Positions 38,707 through 49,131 of a stretch of 64,000 bases of DNA are shown piece after piece. Under the pieces are notes generated by a model. It searched no databases and was not told where the DNA came from. It was given only the letters and a program-made list of their open reading frames with translations. The stretch covers positions 1-64,000 of the forward strand of contig JANOQI010000056.1 of the NCBI GenBank assembly GCA_031414775.1, written 5' to 3'. The position numbers and the translations under genes are program-made. The stretch is from Synechococcales cyanobacterium VAR_4_metabat_354 (GTDB lineage: Bacteria > Cyanobacteriota > Cyanobacteriia > Cyanobacteriales > Chamaesiphonaceae). Every line of letters starts with the position of its first letter. The first letter of the stretch is position 1.

Positions 38707-40395
38707 ATGCCAGACAATCGCCGCAGTCAAGCCATCACCCAAGGGGTACAAAGATCACCCAACCGCGCCATGCTCCGCGCCGTCGGCTTCGGCGACGATG
38801 ACTTCACCAAACCTATTGTGGGACTAGCCAACGGCTACAGCACCATTACTCCCTGCAACATGGGCATCAACAGCTTGGCGATCCGCGCCGAAGCTGCCCT
38901 CAAAAAAGCCAGCGCCATGCCCCAAATGTTCGGCACCATCACCATCAGCGATGGTATTTCGATGGGCACTGAGGGCATGAAGTATTCTTTGGTGTCACGG
39001 GAAGTCATTGCTGATTCGATCGAGACTGCCTGCACAGGTCAGAGTATGGATGGCGTACTGGCAATCGGCGGTTGTGATAAAAATATGCCCGGTGCCATGC
39101 TAGCAATGGCGCGGATGAACATTCCGGCAATTTTTGTCTATGGTGGCACTATTAAACCCGGCCATCACAATGGCAAAGATTTGACGGTAGTGAGTTCCTT
39201 TGAGGCTGTCGGCCAGTTCAGTGCCGGGAAAATTGACGAGGCCGAATTGAAAGCGATCGAAGAGAAGGCTTGCCCCGGAGCAGGTTCCTGCGGCGGTATG
39301 TTTACTGCCAATACCATGTCCTCAGCCTTTGAAGCGCTAGGCATGAGTCTGCCCTATTCTTCGACGATGGCCGCTGAAGATGAAGAAAAGGCGGTCAGTG
39401 CTGAGAAATCAGCTTTTGTGTTGGTGGAAGCCATTCGTAAGCAAATTCTGCCCAGCCAAATTTTGACCCGCAAAGCTTTTGAGAACGCGATCGCCGTGAT
39501 TATGGCGGTCGGTGGTTCTACCAATTCGGTACTGCATTTATTGGCCATTGCCCGCACCATGGGAGTGCCACTATCGATCGACGATTTTGAAATTATTCGC
39601 GGTAAAGTACCAGTTCTCTGCGATCTAAAGCCTTCTGGCAAATATGTCGCTACCGATCTCCATCAGGCCGGCGGGATTCCCCAGGTGATGAAAATGCTTT
39701 TGGTTAAGGGATTACTCCATGGTGATGCCCTCACTATTAGCGGTGAGACTGTCGCTGAGGTTTTAGCCAATATTCCTGCCGAACCCCGTGCCGATCAAGA
39801 TGTGATTCGACCTTGGGATCGTCCGATGTATGCTCAAGGGCATTTAGCCATCTTGAAAGGTAACTTAGCTACCGAAGGCTCGGTGGCCAAAATCACCGGG
39901 GTGAAAAATCCTAAAATCACCGGTCCAGCGCGGGTGTTTGAATCCGAAGAAGCCTGTTTGGATGCAATTTTAGCAAACAAAATCAAAGCTGGCGATGTGC
40001 TGGTGATTCGCTACGAAGGTCCCAAGGGTGGTCCGGGAATGCGGGAAATGCTGGCTCCTACTGCGGCGATTATTGGCGCTGGTTTGGGCGATACGGTTGG
40101 TCTGATTACGGATGGTCGTTTCTCCGGTGGTACTTACGGGATGGTGGTAGGGCATGTAGCCCCCGAAGCTTATGTCGGTGGATTGATTGCCCTGGTGCAA
40201 GAAGGCGATACCATCACGATCGATGCCCCCCAACGTCAACTACAACTGGAAGTCTCCGAGGCGGAGTTGAGTATGAGGCGATCGAACTGGGTAGCACCAG
40301 CACCCCGCTACAAAACTGGGGTTTTGGGTAAATATGCCAAGTTAGTATCTTCTAGTAGTCTGGGTGCCTTGACTGATATGGATCTCTTTCCGTAG
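38707..40395 (+). CDS. ilvD: dihydroxy-acid dehydratase
   Basis: [35 protein letters not shown]. Confidence 0.98.
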   Translation: MPDNRRSQAITQGVQRSPNRAMLRAVGFGDDDFTKPIVGLANGYSTITPCNMGINSLAIRAEAALKKASAMPQMFGTITISDGISMGTEGMKYSLVSREVIADSIETACTGQSMDGVLAIGGCDKNMPGAMLAMARMNIPAIFVYGGTIKPGHHNGKDLTVVSSFEAVGQFSAGKIDEAELKAIEEKACPGAGSCGGMFTANTMSSAFEALGMSLPYSSTMAAEDEEKAVSAEKSAFVLVEAIRKQILPSQILTRKAFENAIAVIMAVGGSTNSVLHLLAIARTMGVPLSIDDFEIIRGKVPVLCDLKPSGKYVATDLHQAGGIPQVMKMLLVKGLLHGDALTISGETVAEVLANIPAEPRADQDVIRPWDRPMYAQGHLAILKGNLATEGSVAKITGVKNPKITGPARVFESEEACLDAILANKIKAGDVLVIRYEGPKGGPGMREMLAPTAAIIGAGLGDTVGLITDGRFSGGTYGMVVGHVAPEAYVGGLIALVQEGDTITIDAPQRQLQLEVSEAELSMRRSNWVAPAPRYKTGVLGKYAKLVSSSSLGALTDMDLFP

Positions 40396-40497
40396 TTATC
40401 TTAAAAAAAGTGGCTAGTGATCATCTGGAGAGGCTGTTACTGACTCGTAAACATTCCCCACAAATCGATCACTGACACTTACTAACTTGAGACCCCC

Positions 40498-41679
40498 TCA
40501 ACTAAATTTCTGAAAATACTGATAAGCACTGTAAGCCAGGGTAACAACTCCGGTCAGCAGAGCTTCTTCGTTAATCTCAAATAGAGGGTGATGAAGGGGA
40601 TAGTTGCGGCGATCTTCATAACCTACCCCCAGCCGAAACATACTACCAGGAGCTTTTTCTAGATAAACAGAGAAATCTTCAGCACCCAAAGAAGGTTCTG
40701 GCAAAATCTGCACCTTATCACTCCCCAAAGCCGACCGGGCAGACGACTCCACCAATTGAGTCAGAGCGATATCGTTCTGCACGGAAGGTACGCCCCGTTG
40801 ATAATTAACTTGGCACTTTGCTCCATAGGTGGCACAGGTTTGACTCACAATATTTTCAATCCAAGTAGGCAAAACCTCATGAGTCTCGGGATGGAGCGAT
40901 CGGACGGTTCCTTTCATGGTTACTTGATCGGCAATTACATTGGGAGCGCGACCACCACTAATGGTGCCGATGGTCAACACTACTGGACGTAAAGGGTTCT
41001 GGGTGCGGCTGATGGCCTGTTGCAAATTGGTAATCACCTGAGCGGCAATCCAAATGGCATCGGTCGCTTCATGAGGCCGAGCACCATGACCAGACTCACC
41101 TTGGATCGTAATTTCTAAATCATCAGCCGCTGCGGTTAAGGCTCCATAGCGAATGCCGATCGATCCCCCCGGAATTGAAGGGAAAACATGAACGCTCAGG
41201 ATATGATCTACCTCCGACATCGCCTGATCCTTGACCATCCAGCGCGCCCCTTGAGCAATTTCCTCCGCTGGTTGAAACAAAAACCGCACGTTACCTGGCA
41301 AAGTTTCACCCAATTGCGCTAGCACCATCGCCGTCCCCAAACCCAAAGTGGTATGGAGATCGTGACCACAGGCGTGCATCACGCCAGCGCTTTGAGAGGC
41401 AAACTCTAAACCAGTTTTTTCATTAATGGGCAGTGCATCCATATCAGTGCGGATAGCTAATCGCCGCTGACCGCTAGCACTCCCAGCTAGCTCTCCCATT
41501 ACACCGGTCTGCCCTACCCCTTCAGTAACATGGAGTCCGATCGAGGACAACACCCCGGCAATATAAACTGCTGTTTGATGTTCTTGGCCACTTAGTTCCG
41601 GATGAGCATGAAGATAGCGGCGAATTTCGATTAGTCGAGGGGCGAGGTTCTGAGAGATCGATTGGATCTGGGTGAGCAT
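40498..41679 (-). CDS. M20D amidohydrolase
   Basis: HPELS, RTDMDAL, MHACGHD, FQPAEE, HHP. Confidence 0.93.
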   Translation of the reverse strand: MLTQIQSISQNLAPRLIEIRRYLHAHPELSGQEHQTAVYIAGVLSSIGLHVTEGVGQTGVMGELAGSASGQRRLAIRTDMDALPINEKTGLEFASQSAGVMHACGHDLHTTLGLGTAMVLAQLGETLPGNVRFLFQPAEEIAQGARWMVKDQAMSEVDHILSVHVFPSIPGGSIGIRYGALTAAADDLEITIQGESGHGARPHEATDAIWIAAQVITNLQQAISRTQNPLRPVVLTIGTISGGRAPNVIADQVTMKGTVRSLHPETHEVLPTWIENIVSQTCATYGAKCQVNYQRGVPSVQNDIALTQLVESSARSALGSDKVQILPEPSLGAEDFSVYLEKAPGSMFRLGVGYEDRRNYPLHHPLFEINEEALLTGVVTLAYSAYQYFQKFS

Positions 41680-41792
41680 GAGGATGGTAGTTAATTTACT
41701 TACAGCCGCACAGGATGAAGCCAATTCTTAGATTCTACCCCTTCCTAAGCATCACCTGTTGAACACCGCCATTCTTAAGCGATCAATGGGCT

Positions 41793-42221
41793 TTATCCAT
41801 CAGCTAACTCACTATCGTGCAAATAAGGAAGAAACAAATCACGAGTATCAGCTGACAGTGCTGATGGTCGAAGAGTTTCGGAATTAACAAAAACACCTTT
41901 TTGATGCCCCGTCGCTGCCAGAACTCCATCCCCGTTATAAAATCGGAATTCGATGACGTGGGTTACTTTCTCCAGCTTAGAGAGCCACATTGCTAAAGAA
42001 ACTTTGTCGCCCAAGTATAGTGGCTTTTTGTAAGCAACATTCATATTGGCGATCACCGGAACAACTCCACTAGCAATGGCAGCGTGAATCGGAAAACCAG
42101 CAGCTTCCAAAAATTTACAGCGTCCCATCTCTACCCACTGGAGATAAACATTGTTGCCAACATGTCCGGCAAAATCAATATCGAAGGTATAAATAGATAG
42201 GTCAAGATTGAGCTTCTTCAT
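41793..42221 (-). CDS. acyl-CoA/ACP thioesterase (4HBT/YbgC family)
   Basis: DIDFAGHVGNNVY hotdog-fold motif. Confidence 0.9.
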   Translation of the reverse strand: MKKLNLDLSIYTFDIDFAGHVGNNVYLQWVEMGRCKFLEAAGFPIHAAIASGVVPVIANMNVAYKKPLYLGDKVSLAMWLSKLEKVTHVIEFRFYNGDGVLAATGHQKGVFVNSETLRPSALSADTRDLFLPYLHDSELADG

Positions 42222-42237
42222 AGGAGTCTTAGAATGG

Positions 42238-43077
42238 TTAGTTTTGGGGAGGCATCACTACTTTTTTTGCCAAGCCGAGCTTTTGTAATCCTTGAATCAC
42301 CCACCAAGTGGTGTCGATTTCCCACCAAGTTCGACCCGCTGGAGCCACATTCGGATAAGCATGATGGTTATTATGCCAGCCTTCACCATAGGTGAGCAGC
42401 GCCGTCCACCACAGATTACGAGAGTTATCACCAGTTTCTTTAAAGGAACGATAGCCAGTGATATGTGAAGCAGAATTAATCAACCAAGTGGTGTGCCATA
42501 GCACTACAGCGCGAACAAATACACCATAAACCACAAATGACCAACCACCAATTGCATACAGCAAAATGCCAACAGGGATTTGTAGGGTCAAAAAATATTT
42601 GTCCAGCCAGCGATAGAAAGCATCTTTTTCTAGATCTGGAACAAAGCGACGGTAAGATTTAGGATCAAAAGATTCCTGCGTAGGGTAAAAAATCCAGAGC
42701 ATGTGACTCCACCAAAAACCGCGCTTGGCCGAGTAAGGATCTTTGTCCCAATCTTCGGTGTGTAGATGATGTTGGCGATGTCCGGCTACCCAAAATCCGG
42801 GTCCACCTTGCATGGCCATCGCACCTAAAGTAGCGATCGAATACTCTAGCCATTTCGGCACCTGAAAACTGCGGTGCGTTAGTAGACGATGATAGCCCAA
42901 GCAAATGCCAATGCCACCAAAGAGCCAATGTAATAGAAAGATGCTGCCCAAAGCTGACCAGGAAAAAAACCAGGGGGCTAAGAGCGCCAGCACATGGATA
43001 GAGCCAAAGAAACCAACATTTGTCCAAGACAAACCTTTAGTCCATTGAGATATTGGTTGAACTGATTTAGAAATCAT
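42238..43077 (-). CDS. desC: delta-9 fatty-acid desaturase
   Basis: His boxes HRLLTH, HRQHH, GEGWHNNHH; ATG at 43077 preferred. Confidence 0.9.
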   Translation of the reverse strand: MISKSVQPISQWTKGLSWTNVGFFGSIHVLALLAPWFFSWSALGSIFLLHWLFGGIGICLGYHRLLTHRSFQVPKWLEYSIATLGAMAMQGGPGFWVAGHRQHHLHTEDWDKDPYSAKRGFWWSHMLWIFYPTQESFDPKSYRRFVPDLEKDAFYRWLDKYFLTLQIPVGILLYAIGGWSFVVYGVFVRAVVLWHTTWLINSASHITGYRSFKETGDNSRNLWWTALLTYGEGWHNNHHAYPNVAPAGRTWWEIDTTWWVIQGLQKLGLAKKVVMPPQN

Positions 43078-43154
43078 AAAATCCTGAAAGAGATAAATAA
43101 AATCCGCAGTGACCTGACATCCCAACTGGCCAAAATGCCTTAAAGTAGAAACAG

Positions 43155-43173
43155 ATGTAAGTGACACTTGCAT
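43155..43173. promoter_or_regulatory. palindromic operator candidate 1
   Basis: ATGTAAGT-GAC-ACTTGCAT. Confidence 0.7.
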
Positions 43174-43200
43174 ATCTAGCTTACCAAGACTTTTTAAAAT

Positions 43201-43219
43201 ATGCAAGTGCTGCTTGCAT
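43201..43219. promoter_or_regulatory. palindromic operator candidate 2
   Basis: ATGCAAGT-GCT-GCTTGCAT, ending 4 nt before the TetR ATG. Confidence 0.7.
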
Positions 43220-43223
43220 TCTT

Positions 43224-44393
43224 ATGGCAACTCCCCGCAACCCCACCCGTCAACGCCTAGTCAGTGCCGCTTTAGAGCTGTTTGCCCAACAGGGCATCAC
43301 TGAAACCACCACCAAACAAATTGCCGAATTAGCCGAAGTAAATGAAGTTACGCTCTTTCGGCAGTTTGGAAACAAGCAAGGATTGGTGCTGGCGGTCATG
43401 GAAGAATCCGAGATATTTGACCAACTGGCGGCGGCTTTAGGAGAGCAAAGTAGCCAGACTAGTAGCCCAGCTCAGGTGATCAGGAAATACGCCCAGTCTT
43501 ATTTGCAATTATTAGATGCGGTGCCGGAAATGGTTCGATCGATCATTGGCGAAGCGGGCAAGTATCCGATCGAGAACCGTGAAGCGCTAGGTCGGGGCAT
43601 TAATCAGGCTAACCAGTCAGTGACCACATATTTAGGGGGCGTGGATTCGCCCTTAGACAGCGATCGATTGGTCAGTTTGGTGAATAGTACGCTGTTGGGT
43701 TATGCGGTGCTGGAGTTTACGACGGAGTTTCACGGGTTGTGGCCGAATAGAGAAAGCTTTATCGAAAATCTGGTGCAGTTGGTTTTGAGTCAGCCAGTCG
43801 CCCCTTCTCCTCATCCACAAATTGCTGATCTGCCCACCACCCTGGTGCATACTATTTTGCAACGCGCTCAGAAGAAAAGCTTACGGGAAGCTGCTGTGGT
43901 TTATCTATTGTTTGGGGCGGGTTTGAGTCCCACCGAAATTGTGAATCTGGAGCGGGTGCATTATTTCAGCGATAAAGATGCCCAGTTTTTGCAAATTATG
44001 CAGGGGTCAGTGCGACAGGTACCGGTGAATCAATGGATTCTGGGCAAGCGTTATGGTTCTTATCAAAAGAATTCGCTCACTCAATATTTAAAGAGTCGGA
44101 AGGATGATCGAGCATCGTTATTGCTGGGCACTGCTCAAGAGCCAATCACTATTACTGAGATTCAGGAAATTTGGCAGAGTTTAACTACAGATTTGGTAGG
44201 ATTGAATGGCCAGTCGCTATCGATCGATCAGGCGCAGCAAACTTGGGTGGTGGAAATGTTGATGCGCGGTATTAGTGTGGAGGATATGCAAATTTTGACC
44301 GGGATATCTTTGGAAAAGCTAACTATTTATGGGCGACGGGCTAAGGAAAAAATAGTGTTAGAGCAGGGTTTGGCGCTGGATAAACAAAGGTAA
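43224..44393 (+). CDS. TetR-family regulator fused to a degenerate tyrosine-recombinase-like domain
   Basis: TetR HTH (TTTKQIAELAEVNEVTLFRQFGNK); C-terminal LLFGAGLSPTEIVNL ... QQTWVVEMLMRG ... QILTG ... LTIY. Confidence 0.85.
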   Translation: MATPRNPTRQRLVSAALELFAQQGITETTTKQIAELAEVNEVTLFRQFGNKQGLVLAVMEESEIFDQLAAALGEQSSQTSSPAQVIRKYAQSYLQLLDAVPEMVRSIIGEAGKYPIENREALGRGINQANQSVTTYLGGVDSPLDSDRLVSLVNSTLLGYAVLEFTTEFHGLWPNRESFIENLVQLVLSQPVAPSPHPQIADLPTTLVHTILQRAQKKSLREAAVVYLLFGAGLSPTEIVNLERVHYFSDKDAQFLQIMQGSVRQVPVNQWILGKRYGSYQKNSLTQYLKSRKDDRASLLLGTAQEPITITEIQEIWQSLTTDLVGLNGQSLSIDQAQQTWVVEMLMRGISVEDMQILTGISLEKLTIYGRRAKEKIVLEQGLALDKQR

Positions 44394-44472
44394 TGTGAAT
44401 GTGGTGCAAACCAAAAACATCCTTGATGGGCAATATTTAATCGACCCAGCCCCGAGCAGAATTTTACAGTCC

Positions 44473-46521
44473 CTAAAAAGGATCAGCCTTGCCCTGCCAA
44501 TTCAAATCATTAAGCTTGAAGCCGATCGAGCCCAGTTGTAAAACCGGATTGTAGCGTACCAAAATTCCAAATGTGCGCCGACTATATTCTAAATAATAAT
44601 CAGTCCCCAAAGATTGACCGTTATCAATATTGATCGAAGTCTGAATTCCGGCCTTAAACGGACCAAAAAGCTGTTGACTGATCCCAGCCGTCACCACCCG
44701 CGTATCTAAAAACCTATCGAACAAATAGGGAGAACTACCACTCAAGAAATTTTGAGCATAGCCAATATTAAAACCGGTATAGTCCAAAAATGGTGCTGTA
44801 AAATGACCAATCTGACCCTGGAGACTGGCATTAAAACCATATAGCGACTGACTATCACCATTGCTATAGCTATTCGCCTTTGCTTGCAATCCAGTATTGA
44901 GCTGGAGATAGGGTACCACTGGTACCGGACTGTAGTTATAGGTAGAGCGCTCATTAACCGGTGGACCAATGCCTTCCCACAAGCGGAAACTTTTCTCCAG
45001 ACTGGCTCCCACCTGCAAACGACTCAAATTAATGCGCCCATCACTACCAGCCAAATCAGGCCGATCGGTATTGGCGTTAAATATATCAGCGCCAGCAAAA
45101 TATTTCAGATTAATGCCAGTACCGCCTAGATCGATTTTCGGTGAAGTAATCTTGGCACCCAAACTACTTTGCACATCCTGAAAACCCAGGGTGCCGTTAG
45201 AAACCCGATCACGATAAGCACCGCTTACTTCCAAATTATGCTTGCCGCTGAGCAGATCCAGTTCTTGATTGAAAGCCAGGCGCGATCGCAAGGTATTACC
45301 CACCCGGCTAGGTTCTAAACTAGTGACATCTACGGAGCCTTTTACCGTACTACCCGGTGCCAAATTCGCGTCCAGGTTAGCTTTCACGCCAAATGAATCA
45401 AGACTCAAGTACTGATTTTGGCTAATTGCCCGTTGCAAATAGTACTGAGGCAGTATCGTTAAGCGCAAATTTTTCTGGAGAATCGGGTAAAAACTACGCT
45501 CTAAATAAAGCCCGCCCCGATCATCGTTATCAAATCCCACCCCAAAAGGATTAGTATCTCTGCCCAACTGATTCAGCGATAGCTGACTTACCACCAGCGG
45601 GAGGCTAAAGCCTTGATCGATCGTCACCCGAGGATTGGATGCGGTGACCTGATTTTCTTCCTCCGATAGGCTTTGAAAGCTGATTTGATCAGCGCGCACC
45701 TCTAATTCTGGTGGCGAGAAAGGATCGTTGGTCAGTCGGACATCCTTCCCCGACAAGATTTTGCCGTCAAATTCTAACTGATTCGCTCGATAACGAAATC
45801 TGGTCACTGATCCAGAGGGTTGGAGCGGTGGTTGAAACTCAATTTCTCGATCGGAACCAATCGTAATGCTGCTGGAACCAACGCCAGTGATTCGCCTCAC
45901 CGGTTGGTCATTTTGCAACTTGTCGGCTAGGGAAAGATCGGTAAGATCGCCGCTGGCTGGAGCCACCCGCGGCACATTCAAATCTTTAGCGATCGAAGGC
46001 TGAAAAATTTCTCCGCCTGCTGTCGTAATTACACCTTTATCATTGCCAAAATCATAGTCAAACTTTTCACCAGTCAGGATCTGTTGACCCCGTTTCAGAG
46101 AAACATTACCAGTGGCCACCGCTTTTTTGGTCTGCAAACTAACTTCTAATCGATCGGCCTTCAACAGCGCATTCCGAAAACGCATCACCACCTTACCGCT
46201 AGCTGTAATTAATTGCTCGGTATTGTTGTATTCTTGCTGCTCGGCTTGGAGTTCTACCACCCCCGACACTGGCAAAGGGGGCTTTTTCTCCGCTGAATTA
46301 GCTGCTGGCGGTTGGGCTACTGGGGATAGGGCAGGCGGTGGCGGTAACGTTTGTGCCAAGATCTGCCGCGACGGAGGAGATAATTGGTGCCCGACGGCTT
46401 TAGGTAAAGAACGACCAACGGACGCATTAGTCGATCGATCGATATTTAAGTGGCAGCTCAGACTGGCTGGCTCACAGATATAAATATTGCCAATATTAGA
46501 AACCGGTGGAACATCAACCAT
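44473..46521 (-). CDS. LptD/OstA-like outer-membrane protein (DUF3769)
   Basis: OstA-like N-domain (AEQQEY..ASGKV..LKADRL), TNDPFSPPEL, C-terminal beta-barrel strands. Confidence 0.85.
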   Translation of the reverse strand: MVDVPPVSNIGNIYICEPASLSCHLNIDRSTNASVGRSLPKAVGHQLSPPSRQILAQTLPPPPALSPVAQPPAANSAEKKPPLPVSGVVELQAEQQEYNNTEQLITASGKVVMRFRNALLKADRLEVSLQTKKAVATGNVSLKRGQQILTGEKFDYDFGNDKGVITTAGGEIFQPSIAKDLNVPRVAPASGDLTDLSLADKLQNDQPVRRITGVGSSSITIGSDREIEFQPPLQPSGSVTRFRYRANQLEFDGKILSGKDVRLTNDPFSPPELEVRADQISFQSLSEEENQVTASNPRVTIDQGFSLPLVVSQLSLNQLGRDTNPFGVGFDNDDRGGLYLERSFYPILQKNLRLTILPQYYLQRAISQNQYLSLDSFGVKANLDANLAPGSTVKGSVDVTSLEPSRVGNTLRSRLAFNQELDLLSGKHNLEVSGAYRDRVSNGTLGFQDVQSSLGAKITSPKIDLGGTGINLKYFAGADIFNANTDRPDLAGSDGRINLSRLQVGASLEKSFRLWEGIGPPVNERSTYNYSPVPVVPYLQLNTGLQAKANSYSNGDSQSLYGFNASLQGQIGHFTAPFLDYTGFNIGYAQNFLSGSSPYLFDRFLDTRVVTAGISQQLFGPFKAGIQTSINIDNGQSLGTDYYLEYSRRTFGILVRYNPVLQLGSIGFKLNDLNWQGKADPF

Positions 46522-46570
46522 ATGAACTGGAAAAAGTTTTATAGTACAAAGACCGCCACCGCCAACAGAA

Positions 46571-46614
46571 AGCCCCTATTTCCATGGGCAATGCTGTGAG
46601 CGGAAACAGGGGCG
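46571..46614 (-). terminator. stem-loop downstream of psbI
   Basis: gcccctatttcc ... ggaaacaggggc. Confidence 0.5.
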
Positions 46615-46637
46615 TTAGATTTTTGGATGACCGCAAT

Positions 46638-46757
46638 CTAGTCAGACGAATCACGCTGATTAGGGTTCCGGGAAGGGTCATTAGAAAGGAACCCAAAGAT
46701 AAATAGCAGTAGGAAAAAGGCGACGACTACGTTAACAACAATTTTCAAAGTAAGCAT
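46638..46757 (-). CDS. psbI: photosystem II protein I; not in ORF track
   Basis: [39 protein letters not shown]. Confidence 0.97.
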   Translation of the reverse strand: MLTLKIVVNVVVAFFLLLFIFGFLSNDPSRNPNQRDSSD

Positions 46758-46833
46758 AAAAGCTAGTAACTCCCAGTATTGAGAAATCTTACAAATATTT
46801 GATCCCCATCATAACCGATCAATGGCTGGGTAT

Positions 46834-47796
46834 CTAGACCGCAGAGAGAATCAGGCCAGTTACCAAGCGACAGCCATTCACAAAATCAGCTCCAGACTGC
46901 GGTTTTTTGCCAGACAGCTGCACCTGTTGTAATAACAAGTAGCCTTCCCCAGTTTGGATTACTGGTCCTTGGCCTTTGATAATCCAGGCGATCGATCCCA
47001 CCTCTCCAGTGGCTAAGTCTGAGGGAATATCGCCAGTCCAGTAAGGTGCCTGCAAAGGTACAGCCTGCAAAACCTTGACTGGCTGGTCACGCAGCAGAAA
47101 ATAACAGTCTGGATAAAAGCCACGTATTTGGTTATGGAGTTCGATGGCACTGCGCGACCAATCCATTAGCCAGTCAGTTTTCCGAATCATCGCCGCATAA
47201 GTAGCCAGGGAATTATCTTGGGGTTGCGGGGTCAGGTGGGGCAATTGCGATAAAGTCTGAATAAGCAGATCAGCACCGATTTCTGCTAGATTTTCACCAA
47301 GTTCTTTGGCATTAACTAAAGGCGATACTGGCACCCCCGCAGTCAGCAGCATAGCGCCAGTGTCCATGCCAGCATCCATTAGCATGGTGGTAATACCAGT
47401 CTCGATTGCGCCATCGACCAAACAGCGTTGGATCGGTGCCGCTCCCCGATAGGCCGGTAATAGAGAGCCATGCACATTGATGCAGCCCAATTTGGGAATA
47501 TCCAAGATTTCCTGGGACAGAATTTGTCCGTAGGCCACCACTACAAAAACATCGGCTTGGAGACTACGCAACCAATCAATCGTCTCGATCGATCTCTTAA
47601 TGCTAACTGGTTGATGAATAGCCAATTGGTGATCGATCGCCACCGCTTTCACTGGTGACGGCCATAGCTGACTGCCCCGTCCCCGCTTGCGGTCAGGCTG
47701 AGTGACAACCCCCACAACCTCTAGTGCGGGCTGTGCCACAATTCTTTCTAAGGTAACAACAGCAAATTGAGGTGTGCCAAAAAAAACTATTTTCAT
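46834..47796 (-). CDS. fmt: methionyl-tRNA formyltransferase
   Basis: FFGTPQFA, VTQPDR, VVAYGQIL, NVHGSLLP.YRGAAPIQ. Confidence 0.98.
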   Translation of the reverse strand: MKIVFFGTPQFAVVTLERIVAQPALEVVGVVTQPDRKRGRGSQLWPSPVKAVAIDHQLAIHQPVSIKRSIETIDWLRSLQADVFVVVAYGQILSQEILDIPKLGCINVHGSLLPAYRGAAPIQRCLVDGAIETGITTMLMDAGMDTGAMLLTAGVPVSPLVNAKELGENLAEIGADLLIQTLSQLPHLTPQPQDNSLATYAAMIRKTDWLMDWSRSAIELHNQIRGFYPDCYFLLRDQPVKVLQAVPLQAPYWTGDIPSDLATGEVGSIAWIIKGQGPVIQTGEGYLLLQQVQLSGKKPQSGADFVNGCRLVTGLILSAV

Positions 47797-48780
47797 CTAA
47801 GTACTAGTAGTAATGCCCCGGCTGGTCATTTGATTCATAAAATATTCTTCCAAAGACATCCGGGATTGTCTAATTTCAATTAGTTGAGCACTCATCAAGC
47901 GGAGGGTCGCCAAAAATTCTTGGGGTTCACCGCGCAATTGACCAGACCACTCACCATGATCTATCACCAAGTCGGTAATCCAGCGCTGGAGAATGTCTGG
48001 GTTGCCACCACAACCCCGCACCACATATTCACCCTCATTGTCAGTCAATAGTTCACTGAGAGTACCACAAGCAATCAATTCACCCCTAGCCAAAATACCA
48101 ACCCGATTACAAACTTGTTCCACTTCACTCAAGACATGGCTATTAAAGAATATAGTTTTGTGATTGTCACTCAAGGACAAAATGATATCCCGCATCTGTT
48201 TGCGCCCCAAAGGATCGAGACCAGACATCGGCTCATCTAAAAATACAATATCTGGATCGTTAATAAGCGCTTGTGCCATCCCAATCCGTTGCTGCATTCC
48301 TTTAGAATATTGACGCATTTTCTTATTCTGGGCAGCACTACGCGCCAAGCCGACCATATCCAACAGCGCCGGAATCCTTTGCCGTCGGACATCCCAAGGA
48401 ATTTGAAAGATGTCAGCGGTAAACTCTAAAATTTCCCAGCCGGTCAGGTATTCATAAAAATAGGCATTTTCTGGCAAGTAGCCAATTCTTTGCCGGACTG
48501 CGGGACTCGTGATCGAACGGCCAAATAACTGTGCTTGGCCATGAGTAGGGCGCACAATCCCTAGTAAAGTCTTAAGTAGGGTAGTTTTGCCTGCCCCATT
48601 TAAACCTAATAGCCCAAAGGTTTCACCCTCAAAAATTTTTAGTGAGCAGCGCTTGAGTGATTCCACCTGTTGATTCATCAAAAATCCGGTGCGGTAAGTT
48701 TTGCTCAGTTCCTGGGTTTCGATCACGGCGATCGATTTAGTGGACTGTTCAATAACTTTTAATTTGGTAATCGCAGTCAT
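47797..48780 (-). CDS. ABC-2-type transporter ATP-binding protein
   Basis: GLNGAGKTT, YSKGMQQR, LDEPMSGLDP; start uncertain (48780 or 48801). Confidence 0.9.
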   Translation of the reverse strand: MTAITKLKVIEQSTKSIAVIETQELSKTYRTGFLMNQQVESLKRCSLKIFEGETFGLLGLNGAGKTTLLKTLLGIVRPTHGQAQLFGRSITSPAVRQRIGYLPENAYFYEYLTGWEILEFTADIFQIPWDVRRQRIPALLDMVGLARSAAQNKKMRQYSKGMQQRIGMAQALINDPDIVFLDEPMSGLDPLGRKQMRDIILSLSDNHKTIFFNSHVLSEVEQVCNRVGILARGELIACGTLSELLTDNEGEYVVRGCGGNPDILQRWITDLVIDHGEWSGQLRGEPQEFLATLRLMSAQLIEIRQSRMSLEEYFMNQMTSRGITTST

Positions 48781-48908
48781 AATTTTCGGTAGCGGTGGCA
48801 AATTCTTCTCTTATAAGTACCCTATTTTGCCAGAGAAAAGATCACCACCAGCTGAACACGATAAAATTGCTATGTTTGGGAAACAACAGTTGGGAAACAA
48901 CACAAAGT

Positions 48909-49097
48909 ATGGAAAGATCCAAAGTGGTGGCCATCGTAACCGGAGCAATTTCTTTAGCACTGGCGATCGCCTACTTGATAGTAGTCCAGTTTTTGGATAT
49001 GCGGGGCGAGATGATTCCCGCTCCGCTGGTAGAAGTATTGCATTTTGGGCTTTCGGATGGGGCAACAAATTTTCGGCTTTTGATGGGAGTTGGCTAG
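48909..49097 (+). CDS. small conserved cyanobacterial single-TM protein
   Basis: MERSKVVAIVTGAISLALAIAYLIVVQFLDMRGEMIPAP. Confidence 0.7.
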   Translation: MERSKVVAIVTGAISLALAIAYLIVVQFLDMRGEMIPAPLVEVLHFGLSDGATNFRLLMGVG

Positions 49098-49131
49098 TGT
49101 TATATTAGTTCTGATCGAGTGGTTATAATTA

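Noticed and set aside
43078..43223. Overlapping N-terminal extensions of desC and TetR in the ORF track
   Set aside because: Family similarity begins at ATG 43077 and ATG 43224; the gap holds the palindromic operator candidates.
43830..44393. Active integrase or mobile element at the TetR locus
   Set aside because: Catalytic Arg and His residues are absent, and the flanks are core genes with no att-like repeats.
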